Shown: positions 1-9,141, counted from the first letter of the stretch. The stretch: 39,514 nucleotides of DNA from Clostridia bacterium (GCA_017504545.1 JAFVRA010000084.1:1-39514), one strand, 5' to 3'. Numbers and translations are program-made. The notes: generated by a model not told the origin, from the letters alone.

Positions 1-103
1 ACTGGCAGGTCGAACTAATTATACCATATTTGGAGGATTTCCTTTCATCGGTTAACCTATACTGAACCACGCGACTATCGCGTGGTTTTCGTCTTACAAA
101 AAA

Positions 104-134
104 GACAGAGAATTTAAGATTCTCTGTCCTTTTT
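104..134. terminator. Bidirectional rho-independent terminator downstream of gdhA
   Basis: Perfect 10-bp stem gacagagaat/attctctgtc (104-113 / 119-128) with a 5-nt loop. An A-run lies on the left and a T-run on the right. It sits just beyond the gdhA stop at 157. Confidence 0.7.
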
Positions 135-156
135 CTGTAGGTATTCACATTATTTA

Positions 157-1509
157 TCAGCAAACGCCCTGAGCCTTCATAGCCTCAGCAACCTTGATAA
201 AGCCTGCGATATTCGCACCTGCAACGAGATCGTCGCCAAGGCCGTAATCGTTTGCAGCCTTGATAGATGCGTCAAAGATGTTCTTCATGATCATCTTAAG
301 CTTCTCGTCAACCTCTTCTGCGGTCCAGCTGTAGCGCATGGAGTTCTGAGACATCTCAAGTCCCGAAACCGAAACTCCGCCTGCGTTAACTGCCTTGGAA
401 GGAGCGACGATAACGCCGTTAGCCTTAAGGTAAGCTACTGCCTCGTTGGTGGTAGGCATGTTGGATACCTCAACGTAGTACTTAACTCCGTTAGCTACCA
501 TCAGCTCTGCTTCCTTAACGTCAACCTCGTTCTGAGTTGCACAAGGCATGAGAATGTCTGCCTTAACGCCCCAAGGCTTCTCGCCCTTGAAGAACTGTAC
601 GCCGAACTTATCAGCATAGTCCTCAACTCTGTTACGGCAGGATGCTCTCATCTCAAGCATATAGTCGATCTTCTCGGGGGTGGAGATTCCGTCGGGATCG
701 TAAACGTATCCGTCGGGACCCGAAATGGTAACTACCTTACCGCCAAGCTCTGTAACCTTCTTTACAGTACCCCAAGCAACGTTACCGAAGCCCGAAACCA
801 CGAAGGTCTTGCCCTTAATATCATCGCCAAAGTGCTTGAGCATCTCAACGGTGTAGTAAACTGCGCCAAAGCCTGTTGCCTCGGGACGAATGAGAGAGCC
901 GCCGTAAGGAAGTCCCTTACCTGTAAGCACGCCCGTAAACTCGTCGCGAAGTCTCTTGTACTGACCGAAGAGGTAGCCGATCTCACGCGCGCCAACGCCA
1001 AGGTCGCCCGCGGGAACGTCGGTGTCAGCACCGATATATTTCTGAAGCTCTGTCATAAAGCTCTGGCAGAAGCGCATGACCTCAGCGTCCGATTTGCCCT
1101 GAGGGTCAAAGTCAGCGCCGCCCTTACCGCCGCCCATAGGGAGCGAGGTGAGCGAGTTCTTGAAGGTCTGCTCGAAGCCGAGGAACTTGATAATGCTCTC
1201 GTTTACGGAAGGATGGAAGCGAAGACCGCCCTTGTACGGACCGATCGCGCTGTTGAACTGAATACGGAAACCGCGGTTTACCTGAACGTTGCCGTTATCG
1301 TCTACCCACGGAACTCTGAACTTGATGATTCTCTCGGGCTCTACCATTCTTTCAATTACGCCAGCCTTAACAAGATCGGGGCGCGCCTCGATAACGGGCT
1401 CGATAGACTCGAGAACTTCCTTAACTGTCTGATGGAATTCGGGCTCATTGGGATTTCTCTTTACGACTCTCTCCATAAGCTCGTTGAGATACTGATTCTT
1501 AAAACTCAT
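157..1509 (-). CDS. gdhA: NADP-specific glutamate dehydrogenase
   Basis: 450-aa ORF with full-length resemblance to GdhA. It has the Glu/Leu/Phe/Val dehydrogenase active-site stretch LPMGGGKGGADFDP and the GFGNVAWG dinucleotide-binding motif. A GGAAGG RBS lies upstream of the ATG. Confidence 0.95.
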   Translation of the reverse strand: MSFKNQYLNELMERVVKRNPNEPEFHQTVKEVLESIEPVIEARPDLVKAGVIERMVEPERIIKFRVPWVDDNGNVQVNRGFRIQFNSAIGPYKGGLRFHPSVNESIIKFLGFEQTFKNSLTSLPMGGGKGGADFDPQGKSDAEVMRFCQSFMTELQKYIGADTDVPAGDLGVGAREIGYLFGQYKRLRDEFTGVLTGKGLPYGGSLIRPEATGFGAVYYTVEMLKHFGDDIKGKTFVVSGFGNVAWGTVKKVTELGGKVVTISGPDGYVYDPDGISTPEKIDYMLEMRASCRNRVEDYADKFGVQFFKGEKPWGVKADILMPCATQNEVDVKEAELMVANGVKYYVEVSNMPTTNEAVAYLKANGVIVAPSKAVNAGGVSVSGLEMSQNSMRYSWTAEEVDEKLKMIMKNIFDASIKAANDYGLGDDLVAGANIAGFIKVAEAMKAQGVC

Positions 1510-1593
1510 AATTTATGTACCTTCCCTGTAAAAAAATATACCGCAATTCCAAAAATGCAAGTTTTGATTTTTGAAATTTCAAATATTGGGTTA

Positions 1594-1622
1594 ATTATAC
1601 CACAAAGAATTTGCGTTGTCAA
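1594..1622 (-). promoter_or_regulatory. Sigma-A type promoter for gdhA
   Basis: On the minus strand: TTGACA (1617-1622), a 17-nt spacer, then TGgTATAAT (extended -10; TATAAT at 1594-1599). It lies about 85 nt upstream of the gdhA start. Confidence 0.7.
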
Positions 1623-1701
1623 TAAAATTCTCGCAAAAAAATCGCCCTGTAAAAAATTTTTTTATCGGCTCTTACAATCATTGCAATAATATTCTCTGAT
1701 A

Positions 1702-1737
1702 CAAAAAAATATCCGCCGAAAATTCGGCGGATATTTT
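1702..1737. terminator. Bidirectional terminator downstream of serA
   Basis: Palindrome atatccgccgaa/ttcggcggatat (1709-1734) flanked by a 7-nt A-run and a T-run. It sits 18 nt beyond the serA stop. Confidence 0.7.
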
Positions 1738-1754
1738 GATTATCAGTAAGCTTT

Positions 1755-2915
1755 TTAGATAACGTAAGCCTTGTAAACGCAGCCCTTTGCATTGAGAGCT
1801 GCAGCAAGAGCCGCCGCGTTTCCGTTAACGTCAGCGATGGTGTAAGCGTTAGCACCCTTCTTGCCCGTAGAAAGTGCCGCAACCGACGCACCGTTCTCGT
1901 TAGCGATCGCCTCGAGAGCGCCGAGCAGATCACATTCTGCCGAATGGAGCACGCAAACTCTTGCCTCTGCGCTTCTGGGCATAGCAACGTTCGGAAAGTT
2001 AACGCTGTTCTTGATATTACCGTTCTTGAGATAATCGTCAAGCTGAAGCGCCGCCATAACCGCGCAGTTGTCCTCTGCCTCTGCGGTAGATGCGCCAAGG
2101 TGAGGGATAGCAACTATTCCCTTCACGCCAACAGTCTCTTCGGTGGGGAAATCGGTTACGTAAGAAGCCACCTTGCCGCTCTCGAGCGCCGCCTTAACGT
2201 CAGCGGAATTAACGAGATCCGCACGCGCGAGGTTGATTATTCTCACGCCGTCCTTCATACCTGCAAGAGATGCAGCATTTATCATACCCTTTGTATCCTT
2301 AGTTGCGGGAACGTGAAGAGTCACGTAATCTGCCGCCGCAAATACCTCGTCAAAGGTTGCAGCCTTAATTACTCTGGGATCAAGCTTCCAAGCCGCGTCA
2401 ACGCTCATAAAGGGGTCGCATCCGACTACCTTCATGCCGAGATCAAGCGCGGCGTTCGCAACAAGCGCGCCGATAGCACCAAGTCCGATAACTCCAAGCG
2501 TCTTGCCCTTTACCTCAACGCCCGCAAACTTGGACTTGCCTGCCTCAACAGCCTTTGCAACGCCCTCTGTTCCGACGAGAGTATCAGCCCAACGGATAGC
2601 ACCCGCGATGTCGCGCGATGCGAGCATAAGCGCGCAGATCGCAAGCTCCTTAACGCCGTTTGCGTTAGCGCCGGGCGTGTTGAATACTACGATTCCCTCG
2701 GTAGCGCAACGGTCAACGGGAATATTGTTAACGCCCGCGCCCGCTCTTGCGATAGCCTTGAGAGACGCGCCGAAGGTCATCTCGTGCATAACCGCAGAGC
2801 GCACCATAATAGCGTCGGGATCGGCAATATCTGCGGTTGCTACGTTGTATTCGTTCTTATCAAGAAGATCGGTACCGCAAGCGGCGATCTTATTAAGACA
2901 AAGTATATTTTTCAT
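1755..2915 (-). CDS. serA: D-3-phosphoglycerate dehydrogenase
   Basis: 386-aa 2-hydroxyacid dehydrogenase with the NAD-binding motif GVIGLGAIG and a C-terminal ACT-like tail. It lies immediately downstream of serC, with a GAGGAA RBS. Confidence 0.9.
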   Translation of the reverse strand: MKNILCLNKIAACGTDLLDKNEYNVATADIADPDAIMVRSAVMHEMTFGASLKAIARAGAGVNNIPVDRCATEGIVVFNTPGANANGVKELAICALMLASRDIAGAIRWADTLVGTEGVAKAVEAGKSKFAGVEVKGKTLGVIGLGAIGALVANAALDLGMKVVGCDPFMSVDAAWKLDPRVIKAATFDEVFAAADYVTLHVPATKDTKGMINAASLAGMKDGVRIINLARADLVNSADVKAALESGKVASYVTDFPTEETVGVKGIVAIPHLGASTAEAEDNCAVMAALQLDDYLKNGNIKNSVNFPNVAMPRSAEARVCVLHSAECDLLGALEAIANENGASVAALSTGKKGANAYTIADVNGNAAALAAALNAKGCVYKAYVI

Positions 2916-2937
2916 ATTGAATTCCTCGTTTAATTTT

Positions 2938-4029
2938 TTAAGCCTTGGGGTTTTCCTCTGCGAACTTCTTCATAAACGCAACGAGTGCCTCAACGCCCTC
3001 GTAAGGCATTGCATTGTAGATAGAAGCTCTCATTCCGCCTACAGAACGGTGTCCCTTGAGGTTCTTGAGTCCTGCCTTAGCAGCCTCGCTCGCGAACTTC
3101 TTGTCAAGATCAGCATCGCCCGTTACGAAGGTAACGTTCATCATAGAACGGCTCTCCTTCTTTACGGGAGCAACGTAGTAGCTCTGACTGTCCAGATAAT
3201 CGTACAGAAGAGCCGCCTTCTTTTCGTTTCTCTTCTTCATCTCCTCAAGACCGCCGATAGAGAGTATCCACTCGTAAACAAGCTTAGCCATATAAATAGT
3301 GTAGCAAGGAGGAGTGTTGTACATAGAGCCGTTCTCTGCCATGGTCTTCCACTCAAGCATAGTGGGCATATTGGGCTCTGCGGTGTCAAGAAGATCCTCA
3401 CGAACGATAACGAGAGTAAGGCCTGCGGGAGCCATATTCTTCTGCGCGCCCGCGTAGATAACGCCGAACTTGCTTACGTCAACCGGCTCGGAGATGATGC
3501 AGGACGACATATCCGCAACGAGCGGAATATCTCCCGTCTCGGGAATGTAGGGGTACTTGGTACCGTAAATAGTATTATTGAAGCAAATGTGGAGATAAGC
3601 GGCGTCCTCTCTGATCATATCCTTAGTGATCACGGGAACGTGGTCAAAGTTGTCGTCCTTTGTGGTAGCGATGCACTTGACGTCGTATCCAAGCTTCTGT
3701 GCTTCCTTGAACGCCTTGCCCGAGAACTGTCCCGAAACCGCGTAATCAGCCTTGCCGGTCCTCTTGATGAGGTTGAGCGGAACTGCCGCAAACTGCGTAG
3801 ATGCACCACCCTGAAGGAAGAGCACCTTGTAGTTATCGGGTATGCTCATAAGCTCGCGGAGCATAGCTTCAGCATCATTGATAATAGTTTCATAGTCCGG
3901 AGATCGATGGGACATCTCCATAACTGACATTCCTGACTCTCCGTAGCAAACCAGCTCCGCTGCAGCTTTCTGAAGAACGTCAAGCGGAAGCATGGACGGG
4001 CCCGCCGAAAAATTGTAAACTCTGTTCAT
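2938..4029 (-). CDS. serC: 3-phosphoserine/phosphohydroxythreonine aminotransferase
   Basis: 363 aa with the typical SerC N-terminus NFSAGPSMLP and the AGAQKN PLP-lysine region. A GGAGG RBS is present, and the gene forms a serC-serA operon. Confidence 0.93.
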   Translation of the reverse strand: MNRVYNFSAGPSMLPLDVLQKAAAELVCYGESGMSVMEMSHRSPDYETIINDAEAMLRELMSIPDNYKVLFLQGGASTQFAAVPLNLIKRTGKADYAVSGQFSGKAFKEAQKLGYDVKCIATTKDDNFDHVPVITKDMIREDAAYLHICFNNTIYGTKYPYIPETGDIPLVADMSSCIISEPVDVSKFGVIYAGAQKNMAPAGLTLVIVREDLLDTAEPNMPTMLEWKTMAENGSMYNTPPCYTIYMAKLVYEWILSIGGLEEMKKRNEKKAALLYDYLDSQSYYVAPVKKESRSMMNVTFVTGDADLDKKFASEAAKAGLKNLKGHRSVGGMRASIYNAMPYEGVEALVAFMKKFAEENPKA

Positions 4030-4220
4030 AACAATGAACCTCCGTAAAATGAAATTTAGATCTTTGCAACTTGCAAAAACTTGTTCTTATTATACTTTAT
4101 TGTTAAATGAATGTCAATAGGTTGTTAAAAAAATTTTTTAAGCTTTTTTATGATTTGTGTTTTTTGTGCAAAGAGGATATAAATATGTCCCCTTTTCTAC
4201 AACTATTTGCCGAATTCACA

Positions 4221-4249
4221 TTGACAAAATATTTTGGTTTTGGTATAAT
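4221..4249 (+). promoter_or_regulatory. Sigma-A type promoter for the 4322-7086 operon
   Basis: TTGACA (4221-4226), 17-nt spacer, TGgTATAAT (TATAAT at 4244-4249). It lies inside the longer 4157 ORF, which argues for the 4322 start. Confidence 0.65.
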
Positions 4250-4321
4250 AATAATGAATTTTTATCGATATTTGCTGAACTTATTGAAAAAATTACACTT
4301 ACATCCATACGAGGAAATTTT

Positions 4322-5707
4322 ATGCTTAAGGATAACCCACAGTACAAAGAATTACTGACCTTGCGAAGTGCCATCATCGGCAAGCAGCAGGCACAACAGT
4401 GCATTAACGAGGTCACGAAGAAAAAGGAAGCCCTTAGATTTACTTTAGAACCTCCCGAAAAGCGCGAAAGTATCACCCTGCATACAGACGAGCTTGAAAT
4501 GGTGTTCAAGTCCCCCGCTATACAGCAAAGCAGACATGCCGCAAAAAAGAAAGACTTCGCAGCTATCCGCGCAAAGCGCTTTCTTTTCGTGCTTTCAGCC
4601 ATCTTACTGGCTGTGATCGGCGCGATCTGCATATACTTCGCTGCAGTATGGACTTGGAACACTTCAATATCGGGCATGACCACCAAGATGTATATGGGCG
4701 AGATGATGCCCTTCGAGGTAGCGGTCGGAATTCACCTCTTTGCCTTAACGGTAGTTCTTGCCGTTCTTGCCGTTGTTACGGGAATCCTCGCCTATAATGA
4801 TCACGTTCCGGGCGCGCTGTATACGGCAATGGTAGTGTCTATAGTTCTGGGAGCTGTGTCATTGATCACCTCGTTCATATATTTTTATGCACCCGTTTCG
4901 GGTTTTATAGAAACAGTGCTGATGTTTTTTGCCGCTTTTTTATATATACCTAAATTTTTCGTGGCTCTTATCTTCGTATTGATCTTTATGATACCACTCG
5001 TATTAACGGTATTCTTGGTAGGTCTTATGATATACCTCTGCATCAATGCAAAGCGCAATCATACAACCTCTTACAAAACGCCTAAGATCGATATGAATGA
5101 CCTTTATAATAGCAAGGAATATAAAGAAGCAAAAGAAAAGGACGCCTTAGCAACCGCAGAGGATCTGAGAATATACAAGGAATATTATACTGCCGCAAGA
5201 GCGAATCACAATAAGAATATTGAGGCACACCAGAACGCCATTGCTCAATATCAGCGTATAGTTAACAACTGCACGAAAACGATACAGGCATCCGACCTTC
5301 TTCACAGCAGTCAGAAGAATCTTGATTGCATAAACACACTTCTCTGCTATTTTGAGCTGCGCCGCGCAGTAACGGTACAAGAGGCTATAAATCTTTATAT
5401 TCAGGATCAGCAGATGATGAGGATCGAGAACAAGCTTGACGAAATTCAGCGCGCGACCATCTCTGCCCTCAGACAAGAGGTCAACAAGCTTTCTGCAAAA
5501 TTGGACCAGGTGCAGACGGCTATCTCCAACGATATTGCAACCGTAAACAAAACGCTTAAGACACAGACCGACACCATCAACAAGTCGATAGAGCGTCTGA
5601 GAGCCGACAACAACAGCAACGCAAGAAGCCTTATGGCTATACAGTCGCAGTCCGCAAGCACGCTCGGTCATATTTACACAGAAACTCGTTTGCAAAGATT
5701 GAATTGA
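4322..5707 (+). CDS. Hypothetical polytopic membrane protein with a long C-terminal coiled-coil region
   Basis: The ATG at 4322 follows a GAGGAA RBS. The protein has a ~110-aa charged N-terminus, about 5-6 hydrophobic helices (FLFVLSAILLAVIGAICIYFAAV through VFLVGLMIYLCI), and then ~200 aa rich in Q/N/K/E with heptad-like character. I recognise no family. The region is AT-rich relative to its neighbours. Confidence 0.75.
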   Translation: MLKDNPQYKELLTLRSAIIGKQQAQQCINEVTKKKEALRFTLEPPEKRESITLHTDELEMVFKSPAIQQSRHAAKKKDFAAIRAKRFLFVLSAILLAVIGAICIYFAAVWTWNTSISGMTTKMYMGEMMPFEVAVGIHLFALTVVLAVLAVVTGILAYNDHVPGALYTAMVVSIVLGAVSLITSFIYFYAPVSGFIETVLMFFAAFLYIPKFFVALIFVLIFMIPLVLTVFLVGLMIYLCINAKRNHTTSYKTPKIDMNDLYNSKEYKEAKEKDALATAEDLRIYKEYYTAARANHNKNIEAHQNAIAQYQRIVNNCTKTIQASDLLHSSQKNLDCINTLLCYFELRRAVTVQEAINLYIQDQQMMRIENKLDEIQRATISALRQEVNKLSAKLDQVQTAISNDIATVNKTLKTQTDTINKSIERLRADNNSNARSLMAIQSQSASTLGHIYTETRLQRLN

Positions 5708-5724
5708 TATTCAAGGAGAATTTT

Positions 5725-7086
5725 ATGAAAAAACATATCGCTATTATTCTCACCTTGGCAACCCTTTTCGTCGTTTTTTCTTCTTGTGATCAATTTGTCG
5801 GCAAAGACGACATTTCTTCAAGCGCCACGGAAAACGACACGAAGGATACTTTTAAAACAAATACAACGATTGACGTAACCGATCAGATGATATCCTCGAT
5901 AAATATGTACGAGGCTATGCCTGAGGCACAGCTGGTTCAGGTCGGAGACACGCTTACGGACAAAGAGTATAATTACTTCTATTTTAAGCTCGGTACTGTG
6001 AAGAACGTTCCCATTCACTATGATACCGCGTACAACCACAACGGAATTGCGACCACGGAGTATGCTTGGACAAAAACCGCAGTATCCGAAAACATATATT
6101 CCGAGGTTATCTCCAATAGCATAAGTTCCGCTACGACCGCAGAATCAACGTTGTCCTTCTCCAACGAAACTTCCGCATCTCTGAACGCATCTTACGGTGG
6201 AATAGGCGCAAACGTGGGAATAAAAGCCTCCCAGAATCTCTCAACCTCTTTGGGAAGCACCACAAAAGTTTCTTATGAAAAAACCTTTAATCAATCGGTA
6301 AACAATACCATCAAAAACAGTCAGTCGCGCGTTGTTACTATCAGCAAGGATGCCCCTGTCGGATATTATCGATACGTGATTTTCGGCGATTTTGATATTT
6401 ACGTAATGCTGATGTGCAAAATATCCGATCAAAGCATTGATTATACTTACGTTTCCACCTTGAAAGAAGACAGCCTTTTCGACACCTTTACATACAGCAA
6501 AGAAAATGATTTTTCTGACAGTAATACAGACGAATTAAAGTTACAGCTGACGCAAGAAATGCTTAGCTCTCTTGCAATAGATTTCTTTGACTCCGATGTC
6601 AAAAACTATGTCAAGGATTATGTTTTTGCTTCAATGAGAGCCTTGGAAAAAGAGGGAAAATTCAAGGTTACATCCAAAGGATACTACGGCTTGGCTCAGA
6701 TAGAGCTGGCAGATGAGATGAATCTCTCCTCCCTGATCGAATATATGACCCCCGAATACACGTTCACATTTAAGGTCGCTGTAAACGCTGAGTCTCGAAA
6801 TGTTTTCGGGCACGAGGTCGAGGGTTATCGCGAGGTTCATCTTTACGATCGTCGTAACAGGTCGTTTGATCGAGAGATAAGCGCAGAGACTGCAAAAAAT
6901 GAATACGGTTGGCTGGGTGAGATGGTATGGGATGAAGACTCAAGTTTATTCGAGGATAGCTTTACTATCAGCGGAGACAAATGCAAGGACTACATGTACA
7001 TTTATTACGATGCTCACGGTAATGATGACAACACTTGGTATCTCAAATACATAAGCGTAGACGTTTCGGTAACAAAAGCAAATTAA
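5725..7086 (+). CDS. Hypothetical lipoprotein
   Basis: The ATG at 5725 lies 6 nt after an AAGGAGA RBS. The signal peptide MKKHIAIILTLATLFVVFSSC carries a lipobox Cys. The mature 430-aa protein is Ser/Thr/Asn-rich and matches no family I recognise. Its start is 18 nt after the stop of the upstream gene. Confidence 0.8.
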   Translation: MKKHIAIILTLATLFVVFSSCDQFVGKDDISSSATENDTKDTFKTNTTIDVTDQMISSINMYEAMPEAQLVQVGDTLTDKEYNYFYFKLGTVKNVPIHYDTAYNHNGIATTEYAWTKTAVSENIYSEVISNSISSATTAESTLSFSNETSASLNASYGGIGANVGIKASQNLSTSLGSTTKVSYEKTFNQSVNNTIKNSQSRVVTISKDAPVGYYRYVIFGDFDIYVMLMCKISDQSIDYTYVSTLKEDSLFDTFTYSKENDFSDSNTDELKLQLTQEMLSSLAIDFFDSDVKNYVKDYVFASMRALEKEGKFKVTSKGYYGLAQIELADEMNLSSLIEYMTPEYTFTFKVAVNAESRNVFGHEVEGYREVHLYDRRNRSFDREISAETAKNEYGWLGEMVWDEDSSLFEDSFTISGDKCKDYMYIYYDAHGNDDNTWYLKYISVDVSVTKAN

Positions 7087-7095
7087 ATATAAACA

Positions 7096-7138
7096 AAGAT
7101 CCGCGGACACGATGCGTGTCCGCGGATCTTGTTTTTTT
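7096..7138. terminator. Bidirectional rho-independent terminator
   Basis: 15-bp perfect stem aagatccgcggacac/gtgtccgcggatctt (7096-7110 / 7116-7130) with loop gatgc, followed by a T7 run. An A-rich stretch lies on the left. It sits between convergent genes. Confidence 0.85.
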
Positions 7139-7140
7139 AT

Positions 7141-7770
7141 TTATGCGTTTTCCTTTATCATTATAATATCCTTAGCGTAAGGAAGCTCGGATATCCAATC
7201 GCAGAGGGTGTGCCACTCGGCGAGCTTGTGTGTTCTTCTTGCATAGTAGATATTGATGAGATTCTCGTAGTTGAGAGTTACCGTTCTCATCTGATTGTAG
7301 CTTGAGGGAAGAAGCTGTATCATATTGTGCCAAGCCTGCTTATTGGTCTTATCCTCGCAGAACTTCACTCTTTCGCCCTCAAGATACGCGATGATCGCGT
7401 CGAGCGCCGCAAGTCCGCCCTCGTCGAGTCTGTCGCAGGAGAAGTCTGCTCTCTCAAAGGATTTAGCGTGTATCTTATGCATCGTGCTGCAGGAGTTTGC
7501 GACCGTGCCTACCTTGTATGTATCAAACTCCTTCCACCAATAAAGCGGAGCGGTAATATCTACCGACACGAAGATCTGGCGCAGGAATTTGCGGTGATCG
7601 CTTCCCGCCGAGGCAAGACGCTTTGCAAGTCCGAGATCGTTCTCGCCGAGGACGTAGTTTCCCTCCTCGTCGTAGGCGCTGTCCATTCTGTCCCAGCTGT
7701 TAAGAGGGTTTCTCGCGCCTCTTATAGCGTTTTCAAGGTTCATCACCGAGGTTCTCTCTATCTTGATCAT
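7141..7770 (-). CDS. ThyX-fold (flavin-dependent thymidylate synthase-like) protein, divergent and lacking the RHR motif
   Basis: The 209-aa product aligns by eye with ThyX along its length. AIRGARNPL corresponds to the ThyX N-terminal helix. VSVDITAPLYWWKEFDTYKVGTVANSCSTMH corresponds to the ThyX block F.F.I.G.SR....Q..RHR..S...S.RY. RRTHKLAEW corresponds to the R..SHAQ.E block. A GGAGGA RBS is present. Confidence 0.6.
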   Translation of the reverse strand: MIKIERTSVMNLENAIRGARNPLNSWDRMDSAYDEEGNYVLGENDLGLAKRLASAGSDHRKFLRQIFVSVDITAPLYWWKEFDTYKVGTVANSCSTMHKIHAKSFERADFSCDRLDEGGLAALDAIIAYLEGERVKFCEDKTNKQAWHNMIQLLPSSYNQMRTVTLNYENLINIYYARRTHKLAEWHTLCDWISELPYAKDIIMIKENA

Positions 7771-7947
7771 TCAAACTTCCTCCGTATTTTGCGCTAAATT
7801 TATCGCCAAATGCTTTTATATTAATAATATAACATATTTTTATATGAAAGTCAATCATATTTTTGGCTAAAAGTTGATTGACTTTTTTCCTAAACTGTGA
7901 TATTATTATAAGGGAATATTTTTTCACAGTTCACAGGAGAAACAATT

Positions 7948-9141
7948 ATGGAATACAATTTTTCAAACAAGCTTGCCGCTCTTAAGCCCTCGGCTATCCG
8001 TGAGATATTCAAGAGTCTTACAGATCCTACGATAATCTCGTTTGCCGCAGGTAACCCCTCCCCAGAGTCCTTCCCCGTTGAAGAGCTTAAGGCGCTTTCG
8101 GCTGAAATATTTGCAAATGAATCCACAACGGCGCTTCAGTACAGCATCACAGAAGGCTACGCTCCCTTGAGAGAAGCGATAGCCGCTCGTCAGAAGTCCC
8201 GTTTTGGCGAAAATATGGTCACAGACAGAGACACCACGCTCGTGGTAACGGGCGGTCAGCAGGGTATCGAGCTTTCCTGCAAGGCATTCTGCAACGAGGG
8301 CGACGCGGTTATCTGCGAGAACCCGAGCTTTATCGGTGCGCTCAACGCTTTCCGCTCCAACGGTGCTAAGACTATCGGCGTTGATATGGAGTCCGACGGC
8401 ATTTCGCTCTCCGCACTTGAGGAGACTCTCAAGAATACCCCCAACGCAAAGCTTCTTTACCTCATTCCCACCTTCCAGAACCCCACGGGAATTACTATGA
8501 GCCTTGAGAAGCGCCTCGGCGTTCTCGCTCTTGCCAAGAAGTACGGCGTTGTGATACTTGAGGACAACCCCTACGGCGAGCTTCGCTTCGCGGGCGACGA
8601 TCTCCCCACTCTCAAGAGCCTTGACACAGACGGAATAGTTATCTACTGCTCCTCCTTCTCGAAGATCCTCTCGGCAGGTATGCGCGTAGGCTTCGTAGTA
8701 GCACCCTCGGAGATATGCTCCAAGATGGTAGTTGCCAAGCAGGTTGAGGACGTTCACACCAACATCTTCTTCCAGATGCTCTGCTACAAGTATATGACTA
8801 CCTGCGATCTTGACGCTCACATCGCAAAGATCAACGCTCTCTACCGCCGCAAGTGCAATCTTATGCTTGATTGCATCGACAAATATATCCCCAAGGACAA
8901 GGTTGAATTCACACGCCCCGAGGGCGGTCTGTTCATCTGGGGAACCGTCAAGGATACGACCGACGCATCTAACGTTGTAAAGCTCGCTATTGAAAAGAAG
9001 GTTGCCGTAGTACCCGGAAGCGCATTCAACTGCGACACCGAGGCTCCCTCGCCTTCCTTCAGACTCAATTACTCTACCCCGTCCGACGAGCAGATAATTG
9101 AGGGTGTAAAGCGACTTGGCGAGGTCTTTGCCGCTCTTTAA
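7948..9141 (+). CDS. PLP-dependent aminotransferase, class I/II (2-aminoadipate/aromatic aminotransferase-like)
   Basis: 397 aa with the N-terminal motif KPSAIREI..., the FAAGNPSPESFP motif and the PLP-lysine context SFSKILSAGMRVGF. An AGGAGA RBS is present. Confidence 0.85.
   Translation: MEYNFSNKLAALKPSAIREIFKSLTDPTIISFAAGNPSPESFPVEELKALSAEIFANESTTALQYSITEGYAPLREAIAARQKSRFGENMVTDRDTTLVVTGGQQGIELSCKAFCNEGDAVICENPSFIGALNAFRSNGAKTIGVDMESDGISLSALEETLKNTPNAKLLYLIPTFQNPTGITMSLEKRLGVLALAKKYGVVILEDNPYGELRFAGDDLPTLKSLDTDGIVIYCSSFSKILSAGMRVGFVVAPSEICSKMVVAKQVEDVHTNIFFQMLCYKYMTTCDLDAHIAKINALYRRKCNLMLDCIDKYIPKDKVEFTRPEGGLFIWGTVKDTTDASNVVKLAIEKKVAVVPGSAFNCDTEAPSPSFRLNYSTPSDEQIIEGVKRLGEVFAAL

Noticed and set aside
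1-100. Possible leftward promoter (TGgTATAAT on the minus strand, TATAAT at 18-23) and hairpin aaccacgcg-actat-cgcgtggtt (65-87) at the window edge.
   Set aside because: There is no acceptable -35 at 17-nt spacing, and the target gene lies outside the window, so I cannot support it. The hairpin is probably the terminator of an upstream gene that is not visible here.
4157-4321. Upstream extensions of three ORFs: 4157 start for the membrane protein, 5704 TTG for the lipoprotein, 13460 for the beta-helix protein.
   Set aside because: The extensions contain the consensus promoters (4221-4249 and 13460-13488) or lack an RBS. The internal ATGs at 4322, 5725 and 13541 have well-spaced GGAG-type RBSs. 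For the lipoprotein, the internal ATG also gives a proper signal peptide.
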